A stretch of DNA of 63,076 bases, filler included, from Sphacelaria rigidula (lineage: Eukaryota): assembly GCA_964200075.2 (NCBI GenBank). It is 7 parts of 7 records of this genome, joined end to end, with 100 filler letters (N's around TTAATTAATTAA, not from the genome) between each part and the next. Parts side by side here need not be neighbours in the genome. Positions count along the whole stretch, not along the records: positions 18,054 to 26,979 come from CAXNAA020009736.1; positions 27,080 to 36,004 come from CAXNAA020009737.1; positions 36,105 to 45,028 come from CAXNAA020009738.1; 4 more parts are not named here. One strand, written 5' to 3'. This document shows, piece after piece, positions 25,613 to 38,842 of this stretch; within the stretch, counting starts at the first letter, position 1; each line of letters starts with the position of its first letter. The notes beneath the pieces were generated by a model. The model was not told the DNA's origin and did no database searches. It saw only the letters and a program-made list of their open reading frames with translations. The translations under genes were made by a program, and so were the position numbers.

Positions 25613-26926
25613 AATGGAGGCGTTGTTTATCTGTACTCGTTGGTCGAGAAACAGGGAATGGCGTACCTGCTATTGTATTTCCGCGTTTTTGACAGTCTAT
25701 GAGAGGGGAGGTACTCATGATATCTCGTGCCGTAGTCGTAACACCGTTGACCTCGCATCCCTACAAAGCCGAGACGGACCACGCCGGGTTTTCGCCTGAT
25801 CAGGCTGTGAGATGGGGGCGGGGAGCGAAACCTGGAGATGGTACGAGCCCCTGCACTGTCTTCGAATGGTTCGCCGCTCCGTTGCATGGTACTTGACCAC
25901 GCTAGCCTGAGAGAGGATGAACGGCACGTGTTATTGTGAAACACCGTGCTTTGCTCTGCTGTCTCGTGCCTACACACAGACTGTAAATACGATAAGAACA
26001 AGTCTCAGTCCGCGACTGCAGCTCGTGTACATGACTCTGCTGTTCACCCCACGCCTCGACGACGACCACGACGGCCGCCAAAGGCGGGTCTGTCAGGCTG
26101 AGAGACTGAAAGCAATAACTTCATCCATTGACGGGAACAAGCCAAGGTTGAAGACCTTGATACTAAAGATTGTTGTGGAGTACGCCCCATGCCCAAGTGC
26201 AGTGCAGTCGAGGTTGCATGTAGGTACACGCCAGGTTCATCGATACAGCCTACGAAAACCACTTCCATTCGAGCGCAGCATAATCTTTTGTCATATCAGA
26301 CGGCATCGATCCATTTTTGCGGGCGGCACTGTCCTGTCCTGCGCTGTAGTTGTCTCGGTCTGTGGACATGACACTGCTAAATGTGGGAACAAAAAGGGAC
26401 GGAGTATAGCACCCCCTCCATTGGTGATGACTTTGTACAATCTCACTATTCCCGAGAAGGCGGGTATTACATTACTTCATCAACTTTTGTTTCATCAAAC
26501 AAGATCGATCAAATCTTTTCAACGTCCCATATTTACACGACGGGGCCACGGCAACTTCTAGTCTAGAAAGACTGAGAGTTTATCGCGTGCACGTGGTAAT
26601 GTCCGCTGCCCGCTGCACTACCCACACAAGGAGTTTCAATCGCCCTCACCTCTGTACTCATTAGCAGGTCCAGATGGGATGGCGTGATTTTTCCTTGATC
26701 TTACAGCAGGTTCCGCGATTGTACTCGTGCAAGATATCTCTTCCCTACAGTCCCCACCTCTGCTTCTGCGCTTTAGCCTGGCGGTAGCTGGAGCTGTTGT
26801 CGTTCACATAACTTCCCGAGAGATTGTGCCGCGATTGCCAGCGCGGTGTGGGTTAACTGTTGATTGGTCAAATTTCCCCAGGTATGACGTCATTTGACTG
26901 CCTGATACCACCTCCCTTAGCCGGTC

Positions 26927-26979
26927 GCCCCGGTGGCTCAGTTGGTAACCTCGCAGCCTTCTGATGGTTGAGTTGTGGG
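26927..26979 (+). repeat. tRNA-like 5' half (SINE head or tRNA pseudogene), cut by contig end
   Basis: GCCCCGGTGGCTCAGTTGGTAA has an A-box (TGGCTCAGTTGG). The sequence stops at GTGGG where a B-box would start. Confidence 0.5.
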
Positions 26980-27079
26980 NNNNNNNNNNNNNNNNNNNNN
27001 NNNNNNNNNNNNNNNNNNNNNNNTTAATTAATTAANNNNNNNNNNNNNNNNNNNNNNNNNNNNNNNNNNNNNNNNNNNN
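26980..27079. other. Artificial contig linker
   Basis: N44-TTAATTAATTAA-N44. Confidence 0.97.
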
Positions 27080-27084
27080 CTTCC

Positions 27085-27520
27085 CGTCATCCGGCATGAA
27101 TCAAGGGTGCGTATTCTCCCCTTTTCATCATGAATCCCTGAGTCATGGATACATGTTTCCCACCTTGCCTTCATATGGCATGAATCATGGGTACACATGT
27201 ATCCTCTTTTGTTCATGCGGGATGAATCATATGTACATGTCACCCACCCTTGCGTTAATGCGGGATGAATCATTGATACAGGTCTCCTACCTTCAATTCA
27301 TACGGCGTGAATCATTAATACATGTCTCCTACCCTTCAGTTCATGCGGGATAAATCGTGAGTACATATTGCTCCCGTCACGTTTATGCGGGATGGATCAT
27401 GGGTACATAATTATTCCTCGTTTTCATGCGGGACTACCCATGAGTACATGTGGCCCACCCTTTGGTTCATGGGAAATGAACCATGGGTACGTGTTTTCAA
27501 CGAATGACTCGTACATGGAC
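27085..27520 (+). repeat. Degenerate minisatellite, ~38-40-bp unit (tcatgcgggatgaatcatgggtacat...)
   Basis: About 10 recurring units. Confidence 0.8.
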
Positions 27521-27635
27521 AGTGATTCGAACGTGTTTTTCAATACTGATTGGTGTTACACAATCTGAAGTGTACACATTTTTAGTCTATGATTCGTGCG
27601 GCATGACCATCAATATACAGGTTGACCATTTAAGT

Positions 27636-27798
27636 GATTGAAATCCAAATTCGTAGGGCGTGTAGCATTTCTCAGTAGCTGCCGGTAGGTGAAGAAATGG
27701 AACCACATTTCGAAGATTTCGTGTGGATACGAATATTTTAATCCTCCGGGTTCTCATACTCAATGAGAAGCTCCATCCTCAATTTCGATGATCGGCTG
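27636..27798. mobile_element. One arm of the palindromic MITE family
   Basis: Aligns with 46493-46653. Confidence 0.8.
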
Positions 27799-29031
27799 TT
27801 AGCTGTGCATGATGATTGGGATATGGCCCTTGACCGACGACGGCATCTTGACACAACCGTCCTTGCTCGCACGTGTGTGTTTAGGGACCATAACGGTGAC
27901 GAAAACATCGCCCTGGTTTGCGGCAACACGATCTATAGCGCACAGAGGCACGTCCTGTCCAAAAAGAGGGACAAAAATATATAGATATTTGCACTGGTCA
28001 GCGCGACAGAAGACACACGCATACATGAGTCACGATGCGGTAGTTCACCCGCATCCTTTGGAGGGGGCTGGACAACTCACCGCCTACCATTGTTGTTGCG
28101 CGGACGGAAGGACCGGCAAACGACCTATAGATGCGGTGGTGACCTGATTACAACCTCTCGATCGATTGGGAATCGCCGAATGGAGAAACAACGGACATGG
28201 GCGAGGAGCTTTCTCTTCGCCATTGCTCCTCCAGTGACATCGCCATCGATACACATGCACACCGAATGAACCTAGTATACCCAGCCACACGTGCTTGGCT
28301 TTCAAAAAATATAGACCAGGCGTACGTGACTTCGTTGTTCCAACAATTTACTCAAAAATGGTGGAATCCTACTGCCAAGTTTACCCTCACCGCAACATCG
28401 AACCCCATTTTCGAGGAGATCCTCTTGATTTTCGGAGAAGTCGCGATAAAGTGTTTTTTTCCGGAAAAATAAATTCGTACACGATATAAGGCCGACGAAG
28501 GGATTCTAACCCTTACATCCTCGACGAATAGCAAAGTGATCGTCCGATTTGGCTCTACGTCAGTAGTGTCGAGGGACAGAGCTCAAGTGAGCAAGACAGA
28601 CAGAAGCGTAGATTAAAGAAAAGGAGTTAGCTGAGGCAGGGGTGGCAGAAGACCGGAATTAGAAGAAGAGAGCTGGCGTGGGGATGATCGATCCTCGTTA
28701 CTCATCTCAGACAGCACGGAAGGACAAGAACAAAGCGACCATGAACGAAGAAACATCGGCCTTGAGTTCGATGTATCCATCATCTTGAGTTTGGTGTGTA
28801 CATCGTTTGATGACTCTTAGTCATATTCGGCGTGATATCTTCCCATCATTACGATACAAAAAAACAGTCCTCCGAAGATTTAACGGATATCCGAGGAATC
28901 TTCCTCAGCGGTGCTAGATTTTTCTCATGGACAGAACCAAGCTTTTTGGCCTAAACTGTAAGGAACGTTGGTTTCTCTCAAAAGTGGGATTCGCCAAAAG
29001 TCGGAAAAATGTCGAAATATTTTCCCGTTAA

Positions 29032-29196
29032 CCCTTTTGGGACCGGAGTGGACTAACCGGGGGTGACGACGTTTGATTTTGTGATTGAGCGTCATTTTCA
29101 CTTGAAAATAACAGAAAATGATGCCGATTCACTAATGGCCCCTGCGTGCAAACCACGGGTCCACCCCTAGTTGGTGAGGGTCCGATCCCAAAAGGG
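29032..29196. mobile_element. 165-bp piggyBac-like MITE, same TIR family as 9035-10027
   Basis: TTAA|CCCTTTTGGGACCGGA ... TCCGATCCCAAAAGGG|TTAC (degenerate right TSD). Confidence 0.75.
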
Positions 29197-29251
29197 TTAC
29201 TGACAAGGTGTTGACAAGGCAATTCCTTGTGTATCAGCCAACCTTATTTTA

Positions 29252-29361
29252 CACGGGTGACCCCTGGGGTGCCTGCAACCTCAAATTTGGACGTTACAGA
29301 CCTTGCACAAGGTCTGTAACGTCGAAATTTGAGGTTGCAGCCACCCCAGTGGCCACCCGTG
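29252..29361. mobile_element. 110-bp near-perfect hairpin flanked by TA (Stowaway/Tc1-like MITE)
   Basis: CACGGGTG...CTGCAACCTCAAATTTGGACGTTACAGACCTTG-CA-CAAGGTCTGTAACGTCGAAATTTGAGGTTGCAG...CACCCGTG, with TA at 29250-29251 and 29362-29363. Confidence 0.75.
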
Positions 29362-30535
29362 TATGCAACAGGAGTTCAATGGATAAAGAGTGTCTGGCAC
29401 TCTAAGATTCACGCTAAAGGTTCTCGCACCTATTAGATCGAATAGGAAGCTCGAACAGGTAGCTGGTTACTACTTTACTAATCCGACGGTTCTCGTTCCT
29501 AGCTTTTACCAGTACACCAGAGGCAATGTAGTAGTTGATGGCTGAACGTCCAAGCTGAGAGTGAGGAAAGGTGGTGGGAGGTCAAAGACTTTGCCTGGAC
29601 TGATCGCCTATACTCCGGAGGCGTGCCGCCCTCCGGGATATGGGTAAAACATCAATCTGATCTACATCTGCCCAAAAACGCATCTGCCTCACGGAACCTC
29701 CCCAAGGTCCCGTGTGCCTATACATAAAGATCTTATATCCGTACAATGCTTGTGACCCGCGAGTCTGAGGAGGAGATACTGCAAACGCCTCTTCACCTCA
29801 TGACACTAGCCCATCCGGACGAGGTTCCAGTACAGCTGCGATGAAAAACTATCAAAGCAACGAAAATTGGGGCTCTTCTTCACTCGTGAAGTCAGGAGTG
29901 GAAGGAAGGCGACCCCAAAAAAAAGAAAACAGAAACACAGTCCTCAATAGGGCGACGGCCAACCCTTTGCCCGATCCTCCCGCACCTCGAACAAGAAAAG
30001 AAAAACTGCTTCCAAGAAGCGCATTTGCGATATTGCGCTGAAAAGCGCAGGAGCATATAATGCTACCACGGCTAGCGATGATACGGAAGAGCACAAAATG
30101 TTATGATGCGCTAGCTAGAATGAAAGCGAGGCAAGTCGGGGGAAGGACAGGGGATACGGGTGTACGCAGGGAACACCAGACTCTACGCCAAAAGGCGAAC
30201 CAATGCAACTATTGCATGATGAGATCGTTCCAAAGGGAAAAAGAAAACAGATAATCAGCAAATGAAAGACCCAAAAAGGTCTGGCGCCAGCCATGCAGGT
30301 GTAAGGAATGAAAGCGATGGCTCCGGTAGTAGTGGATGAAGGTGCTCCAGGCAAGCTCCGGTGGTGGTCCGTTGGTGGCGCTCCAAGTTAGCTCCGCTGG
30401 TAGGGTGTCGACAGGAGTGGTAGCGTGAGTGCGTCGTACCTGACTAATGACGGATAGGAATGTTCCGAAAACGAAACTGGGAGGGAAATAAACATCGCGT
30501 TGGAGGCAGGGATATGAGTGGAAGCGTGTGAAAGC

Positions 30536-33500
30536 TTAAGAAGGTGCGTTGGCGCCGTGAGTGCGATCGACATTGCGCTGGATGCCTTGACGAAGGCCCT
30601 TGTATTTGAGCCGTTGTAGGCACCAGGAACCATGTGGCGCTAATGGGCTGATGGTATTTAACTCTGGGCGGGGCTTGAGCTGCACAGACCCAGGGTCGTC
30701 GATGGAGCGAACAATGTAGGCATCGGCCACGAGAGGGTCGAGTGAGTGGATTTGGCCCAACCACCAGAAGTTGTCGCTGCCCGTGTACCACAAGTAGGCA
30801 CCTTCAGGGAGCACGCCCTGTTGTGCGTGGATCTTATCATCCCATTGTGTAGTGGGTACTCATTCGTAACCATCAGCAACAGAGCGTAATTCTTGGTCGC
30901 GGTGAAGTTCCCGTGCCGCAGCACCGCGGCGCATATTGCGATATTTCTTGTTGTCAGCAAGATGTTGCTGTGCGGGTTGCGTCCAGTGAAGGAGAATTAC
31001 ACGGCGGTGCAGCTGAAGGTCGGATTCGCGTTCCCAAGACGCTCGCCGAAGGCCGTGCAAGTGGGTCTTATACATGCCGGGGATTATACCTCCTCGTCCG
31101 CGAGTAATCTGGTGGCCGGAGATATGGGACACGGTCAGGCGGAGAGGTTGTGCCGTCGCGTCGTCGGTAGTAACGTGATAAGGCGGTGGCTTGGTCAAGT
31201 AGCTGTTTAGCACGCATTGGGTCAAGCCGGCAGGCAAATATTTCGGCATGTTACTAGTGTCATGCGGGTTCGTGCAAGGTTTGCACCCGTGCACGGAGAC
31301 GCGAGATTTAGCGTCATGTCCCCGAAAGTCGCGAGGGAGGTCAAGATAGAAACAATTGTCGCCAACAGGTTTTCCATCAGGGGAAGGTGGCGAGGGGCAA
31401 ACGGACAAGATCTTGAATGGTTCTGTACAGTTGAGCAATAATTTAGTCTTCAATACTGTCTCGTTGGCTGTCGTGTCAGCGCTTTGGCGGATGGTCGACA
31501 AATTGTTGCAAACCCACATCCAATCGCCGACCTTCCAGGTGGGACGTTTGTGCATCAAGTTGTAGAGAGCGGTGTTGGATCTCTCAAGGCGCGAGACGTT
31601 GATAGAGTGTTGTTCCCGGACGAGGGTGAAGGCTTCGCGTTGTCGCGCGCGCGCGAGGTCATAGTAGGACAACTGATACTGATTCAGGTCTTGGTGGCAA
31701 TCGAAGGTGTGTCTTTCGAACACGGTGATGGGCAATCGAGGGTAGCGCCCAAGTTGCAGTTCATTCGGAGAAAGGCCAGTAGCGGCGTTAACCGAGCTGT
31801 TGTAGGACAGCATAACATGCGAAAGATGGAGGTCCCCATCGTTTTTGCGGTCGTTGACAGCCATAGAGAGCATCTGTGCCATAGTGTGATTAACACGTTC
31901 AGTTCCAACATTTCTATTGGGGTGGTGAGCGCTGGTGACAATCTTGCGAATGCCGGGGACTTTGTAGAGTGCATCGGAGAGGTTGGAACGAAATTGCGGA
32001 CCGTTGTCGGAGAGGAGTCGTTTCGGGAAGCCATAGCGCTTGATATAATCGTGGACCAAAATGTCAGCTGTGCCTGCGGCTGTGAAGTCTCCACCGGTGA
32101 CAGCGTACATGGATGTGTGACGGGTGAAACGGTCAGTGAAGAGTAGAATGTAGGTGTTGCCACGATCCGTAGTCGGTACGGGACCGAAATAGTAGAATGA
32201 TACAAGATGCCCAGGGGCACTGGGAAGTGCCATAGAAATGACGGGCCAACGTATTGTCTGCCGTGAGGTTTTGCGGGCTTGGCACTTGAAGAAACGCCGA
32301 ATCCAAAAACAGACGGACGCTTCCATACCGATCCACCAGTAAAAGCGTTCAAGGAGCGTGAGTGTGCGCGTTACTCCCAACTGACAGGACAAATCAGAGG
32401 GGTAGCCTTTCACCACCCAGGGGCGCATCAGAAATGGAACGTAGATGCGGGTGGGTATATCATTGAGTAGACGTGCGTGGCGTCCGGTGGTCGCAGCTGA
32501 AGGTGTAGCCGATGAGGGTGGAGGGCGACGGGCAAGCAATGGAATACCGTCATCGGTGGTGAAAATAGTGCCCTTTCGGGCTAGTGCATATACCTCCGAG
32601 GCGTTGGGTGGTGGCAGGGTACCAACCGACGCACAAATATCGTCCGGAGTAAGGACAGGGGAGTCAAGCTGTAAGTACCGCATAGTCGCGCAGCATAAGA
32701 GTTCTCCTTGTTGTTCACGAGCCCAATCACGATAAGTGTAGCTGGCGAGGAATTCTTGCAGTTGACCTTCTGCTGGAGAGCCATTCAAGCATGGGGGCTC
32801 AGAGGGGGGCGGAATTGGCGATTGGGCGGGGGTGCCGACATCCAAGTCAGCATCGGAAGCAAAGTCAAAGGCAGGTTCGCCATTAGCAGGAGGCGCGGGC
32901 ACGGCTGGTGCCCCGAAAAAGGCCTTTGAAGGAGGGCGCGATGGGAAGGGTGATCGGCGTTTGTGGCGCGTAATGCGCGTGTCGGATGTTGACAACAACG
33001 CTCGGGGCGCGCGAGCGCTGGGAGCCGGCGCGGTGTGGCTCTGGGAAGCAGTAGGCGTTTCTGGTGGAGACGGGGCACGTGAATAATTGGTGCGAGCGGC
33101 GGACCGAGAGCGTGTATTATCGGCAATGAGATGTACAGCTGGAGGTGGTGGCACGGAAAAGATTGCACAAGAGCCGAAAGTGTGGAAGTCGGCGAAATCA
33201 GTGCCGGTAGGCTTTAGCCCATCCAAGATTGCATCATATGGCTGGGGGCGAGGATTTCCAGTGTGCGTATTCGCGTCGGGGTATTGCAAGTCGAGGGCGT
33301 ATATGTGCGTCGAAAAACGCCGGATGGTGTAAATGCCTGGTTCATCAGCTTCCGTTAGTCGGCAGGCTGGACTGAAGTCGATTGCCGTTGGAGGCAGGGG
33401 CAAGCGGGAAAGGAGGTCAGCATTCCCGTCGGTCTTACCTGGGCGATGCTTGACAGTATAATGATAAGCAGTTAAAAAATCCAACCAATGCTGTACACTT

Positions 33501-35730
33501 GGATTATGTTCGCCAGCTGTAGCGAGTTGTTCGAGGGCTACGTGACCCGTATATATGTGGAAAAGCACGTGGAATAGATTTTGTCGAAGGCGCTTGATAG
33601 CCGAAGTAACGACTCCGCCTTCTAACTCGAGTGGGCTCCAATTCGCCTCATGAGGTAGGGTGGCACGGCTGATGTACAGGATGGGTCGAATAGAGCCATC
33701 CCGTTGCGGCTGATATAAAAACACGCCGAATCCGTCGGTGCTAGCGTCGGTGTGCAGTTGGGACAGGCGAGAGCCAACTTGCACGGCCTCCCAATCTGGA
33801 AAGCAGAAAACCGTTTTTTTGGTAAGTATCTTCAGCAGGTCATGGACAATAGTTTCCATATCGTCTGTGAAGATAAACGCGACGTCTTTCTTTAGTACGT
33901 CGGGAATTGGGCGGATCCGTTTGGACAAGCTGGGCGGAAAATTGCGATATTGAGATAGTCCACCAAGCAGTGAGCGAAGTTGAGTAATGTTTGTGGGCAT
34001 GGGCAGGTCAGTCATTGCCCGGACTTTATTGGTGTCTGGGTGAAGGCCAGCAGAGGAAATGCAATGTCCCAGGAAATCCAACTCTGTCGCTCCGAGGCGA
34101 GCTTTGGATGGAGACAGCTTTGAATCATGCGCACGCAGGCGAGAAAGAAATTCTCGTAAAGTGCGAATATGTGCCTTCGGTGAAGCATCGAAAGCGATAG
34201 CGTCGTGAAAGTACATGATGAGGTGTTCGAGGCTGTCGTTGACACGTTGCATCAGACGTTGGAAACAACCTGGAGCAGTGGCGGCGCCTTGTGGCATACG
34301 GAGCCATTCGTAGAGCCCTGGGGAGGTACACAACGCTGTTAGAGAGACTGTATCAGGGTGGATGGCGTTCTGGAAAAATCCAGAAGCGAGATCGAAGCTG
34401 CTGCAACACTTTCCTTCGCCGAGTGAGTCGAGAACTTCGTCAATGCAGAGAATCGAAAGTTCTCCCACGGAGTCATCCTACGATAGGGGGGGGGGGTATT
34501 CAATTGCACATAAAAAACGGCTCAGAAGTGTGTCAGACGACCTGCCACACTCGCGGTGAATCGGTATGAACGAGCGTTATATATCTATAGCAAGCTCGTT
34601 CGAGCAACCGTTGCTCCTTTCAAGGAAGATTTGACTTGGAATTTCGTGCAAGAAGCGGCCCAAAATCCCCCCCCCCCTATCGCAGGATGACGCCACGACA
34701 GTGACGCGATTCAGCCGTTGGTATTTCACCGTGATGCGTCGGCTTCCATCTTTTTGGGGGATAACCACGAGGGGTGAGGCCCATGGGTAGGACGAGTATT
34801 GAATCAATCCGATTCCCAAGTATGCATCTAAAATGGCATTGACTTCTTTAGTTAAGAGGGGGTTTGTCCGTTATGGCCGAGAAGAAATTGGCGAAACACC
34901 GCGTTGCAGGGTGATCTCGAAGGGCGGCGTTTTGCAGTGCCCTAAATCCATCTTGGTGCGGGAAAACCGATCTTGGTGTTTCAGTAAGGCATCGTGCAAG
35001 TCTTTGATCACAGCGGATTCCCAACCGGGTCCGTGAACTTCAAAGTTGATGTCACGTAAATGGGGCGGGAGTTGGTGCCACATTTGCAAGGAACGTTTCC
35101 GAGACTCGGGTGATAGGCGTTGCAGCGCTTCATCAGGAGGGTCGGAGGGTGGGCGGACGGGGTTCATCGTGTAAACCTGTGGCGGGGAGGAGGAGCCAAG
35201 GTCGAAACAAGGCTCATCAACGTGGTGGACAGTACCGTCGAGATGTCAGCAACGCAGGTTTCAAGCAGAATGTGCATGAGGGGAGCCGCAGCGATGCCCA
35301 AAGCATCCCCAGGGTCCAAGTCAGCGTGTCCTGTGAGGGGCAGGAGTTGTTTCCCTGTGCAGAAAAAATGCTCAGTACCGATAGGCACGCCAACCTTGGG
35401 AGTAATTCTGCGAGATAGTGGCCTGTAAGGGCAGGCATGCCATTGCGGTGGACGAGAGCAACTTCTAAGAGTTGGGGATCGTTGGACAGGGTAACGCCTA
35501 CACTACCTGCATAACGCAGGTGTTAAGCAGCTCCGGTGGCTTGATCATTTTTGCGATAGGTCCAGGCGCCGTGAAGGGTACCAAAGTGTTCGAGGTTGAG
35601 TTCACCGCGAGGCGCGGACTGTGGCGAGAGCGGTGGGAGCGTGCGGTAGGTTCGTTGATCAAACTGCATGTAACTGTCTCTACCGAGTAACAAGACGTGA
35701 TTCATGGTAGTGTCGGGAACAGTATATGCC
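30536..35730 (-). mobile_element. Degenerate Ty3/Gypsy (chromovirus-like) retrotransposon 2, related to element 1
   Basis: Protease C-terminus HVLLLGRDSY; RT YPWASPLV, YQRLNRV, YEWLRMPQG, YFHD (mutated YxDD); RNase H LHTDAS...NADLLSR; integrase SDNGPQF, TER; chromodomain ISGHQ...SWERESDL; C-terminal WWLGQI...YIVRSIDD domain. 1202-aa ORF at 30860-34468. Carries two MITE insertions. Confidence 0.95.
34470..34693. mobile_element. ~224-bp MITE inserted in the RT of Gypsy element 2
   Basis: TIR (G)GAGTCATCCTACGATAGGGGGG vs (G)GCGTCATCCTGCGATAGGGGGG. Removing it restores RT frame RVTVV|GELSIL. TSD reads as CACG (4 bp), or AC (2 bp) if the TIR includes one more base. Confidence 0.9.
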
Positions 35731-36004
35731 CGACACTTTCTACGATAGCCCCCGCAAAAAACCAGCCTAAAAGTGTCACAAACAAATGACCATAAAGCGC
35801 CTGATGTTTGGGTTCAGGCTGCATGAAACGTCTGATATTGGCGACAATGGCTCGAACGAACCCAAGGGTGGGAATCCCCAGCTGCTCGTTGTGTCCGGGT
35901 TTTCCCATTCCGGGGGGGGGGGGGGCGTACCCATTCGTTGCTTGCCTTAGTGGTTTGCCCATTCACCACGCATCCCTTTCGAACCGGACCACCCCACTTT
36001 CGGG
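35731..36004 (-). mobile_element. MITE of the 51083-51335 family inserted in the Gypsy 2 protease; far end cut by contig edge
   Basis: Starts CGACACTTTCTACGATAGCCCC. Body is homologous to 51160-51335 (HNEQLGIPTLGFV...KHQALYGH...AIVESV in both). Confidence 0.8.
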
Positions 36005-36104
36005 NNNNNNNNNNNNNNNNNNNNNNNNNNNNNNNNNNNNNNNNNNNNTTAATTAATTAANNNNNNNNNNNNNNNNNNNNNNNNNNNNNNNNNNNNNNNN
36101 NNNN
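36005..36104. other. Artificial contig linker
   Basis: N44-TTAATTAATTAA-N44. Confidence 0.97.
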
Positions 36105-36407
36105 TTTCCTTCGTAGTATGTGTGTTTCCTTGTGTAAACCAGTTGTTGGATGGGTTTGTTTTGACGTAGGTTGACGCGGTGCGGGAGTGCCGACCCAATT
36201 CGCGAGACCAAAAGGAAAGGCCCGTACCGGGGGAAAGACGGGTTGATCCCTTGAGACCAAGGACGCATCCCGAGGGACGGGAGGGGTTCAAAGTGTGACG
36301 GAAAAAAAAAAATGTACGAGGTACGAGTCAGGTGTCCGCGTTTTTTGTGGTATGCTCATATATTTGATTCGACTCAAACAATGAGATCATGCCACCACAG
36401 CTCCAGC

Positions 36408-37555
36408 CTATCCTTGCCAAGACTTAGCCCAGAGGTGCGCAGCCAGAGATTCCTCGCGAAGCCACACACCGGCGCCTCCGCTTCCACCTCCGCTACTGCG
36501 GCTCCCGCCTGCGCGTATCACACCTTCTTCCCCGTCGCCTATCAAGTCCCCCTTCACGCTATTCGGCACTGGGTAGAAATAGGACGGTGGGAAAACCATG
36601 GTTGTCGACAAGGTGGCGGTCGAAAATGTCTCATAGGCAGGAGGAGAAGGCGCACCGTCTTCCGCAGGACGAGGCGGATTTTCGTCCACAAGGCAAGACT
36701 CCGTCCTTGCTGCTGCTGCGATTGCCGAAGTTGTGGCGCTGCTAGAGACCGCCGCGGTCATCCACTTCATGACGGCGGCGGTGAACACTCCGGGGCCCGT
36801 CTTGACGATTGTTTCTGTTGCGCTTCCCGGTTCAACTGGGGAGGGAGGGAATATGAACGGAGGCAGTTGAAATGAGATTGTCGAAACCTCAGCAAAGCGA
36901 AGACGCGTTCACGTGCTCGAGGGGGGTATCAACGACAGAGAACACAGGATTAGCCGGGCTAGCGGTAGCGGGGAATCATACTGCCAAAAGTGTGTAAGTT
37001 TCTTCCACCCTTCTTTAAAGTTCGAAGCGCTCAACAGTCCCCACTTTTGTCGACCTCGAGTGCCACTGCCTACGCAGCCCTCCTGGAGGACATGAGAAAA
37101 AAAAGTCAGCTACGGTCGCAGGATGTACTACACCGGGAGAGACTGCATGCACCACCTTAACTTGTCAGCGGTATTGACTTTGCATTCACGTAACTATACC
37201 TTTGTAGCGGATTACAATAGATCAGCGCTAACACAAAAACGGAGAAACTTCACATGTGACTTCCATACGTGCTATTATTAGGGATGTGAACTGGACCAGT
37301 TTGTACTGGCAGTTTAACTGGAACTGGAGTTCAAGTTGAACTGGTGATGAGTACCCCCGTTTATCCAGTTTATTTGAAGTTTGCCGTTACTACCGGCTAT
37401 GCTTATACCATTTTTAGTATCGTTTGTTTATAACAAAGATGCTTACAGCATGATGATCATCTTTTTGTGTTCGTGCTTGTGTTTGTGTTTGTGTATGTGT
37501 TTGTGTGTCGTTATTTTGTTGTCATTGCTGTTGTTGTTTGTTGTTTGTTGTTTGT

Positions 37556-37586
<31 letters not shown>

Positions 37587-38781
37587 TGTTGGTGATGGTG
37601 ATGTTGTTTTTGTTGCTATCGCTGCCCCCTTTCCTTCCTTTCTGAGGCCGTTGCTTCTGTCTTTTTCTGTTCCTTTCTTTCTTTTTTCTTCCTATCACTC
37701 TGTTCTACTTCTTCTGCTCCTGACCACGGGCTGGATTGTTGCGATCAGCTAATGTGAGATGATCAATCAATATCAATCTATGATTACGAACAAAATGACA
37801 ATGCGATTGGGGTCTGCACCTGACAACAGTACAGGTACTCACAGTACAGTACAGTACTCGTGGTCACTACACCTTGAAGTGATACTGCGGATATATGCCA
37901 AGCTTGTCGTTTCATAGCACAACATACGTCTGGAATAAAAAATAGCACACAAACGGTAATCCGCGACCACCAAATACAAAGTGCACCATGGCTTGCCATT
38001 CAACTACATGCGTGCTTATGGGTCCGGACGTCAATCATTTTGCGCTCTTACCTGCGCGTGTTGCCAGCCTTGGCCTATTTGCATCCTCCTCTCCTCACGG
38101 AGTGTCTGCTGCTGCATATTACAGATGAATGGTTTTCGAATCGTTCACCGCTTTGAATTGAATTTGAACGTCATCCAAGAGTGCCCCCAGAAAAACAATC
38201 CGAGACCCTATGCCCCATTTTTTCAATTCTGGAGTATTTCGTTGGGGGGAGGGGGGGGGTACTAAATCTTTCACACAATTTTAAAATAAGAAAAATAAAA
38301 TAAAAACGAAATAAAAATAAAGTAAATAGTATATAAAAAATTAAAATTCGTGTTTATGGAGCTTTAATTTTCCGCATACCTTCGGAGCCAAGTAAAGCCA
38401 AGTTATATTTATGGGTTTCGGCAATACATTGCACATCACACTTCCATGACAAGAACAAGACCAGAAAAATACAACAATGCTCTGCAATGCTTGCTCAATC
38501 AAGCTAGACGCAACTATCCGCACCGTCAATTTGCGCCCAATGTGCGTCGCATCTTGTGCTGTCACATAGCGCCAACAATCACGGGCGCCACCTCATCCAA
38601 CTCGCCCAAAAATGGCTATTTATGAGTGTTTCTTAATGTGAAGACAAAAATGTCCTGCGACCGCCGAAGGGGGGGGGGGGGGGGGGGGAGGAAGCTCGGG
38701 TGGGGGGGGGTTTGTTGTGTTTTGTTGTGTCGCTCACACTTGTGGTCTGTTATATNNNNNNNNNNCTGTAGCTGTGGTGTG

Positions 38782-38842
<61 letters not shown>

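Noticed and set aside
25917-26561. 214-aa ORF, or a Copia-like VFVG motif on the minus strand
   Set aside because: No supporting domain motifs in any frame.
27085-27520. CRISPR-like array (also 18405-18860 and 52360-53285)
   Set aside because: Degenerate tandem units without unique spacers, no cas genes, and eukaryotic context.
28566-28858. Possible solo LTR (TGT...ACA)
   Set aside because: No TSD and weak terminal complementarity.
29527-29666. TGTAG...CTACA segment as the 3' LTR of Gypsy 2
   Set aside because: No convincing polypurine tract and no second LTR in the contig to compare; left unassigned.
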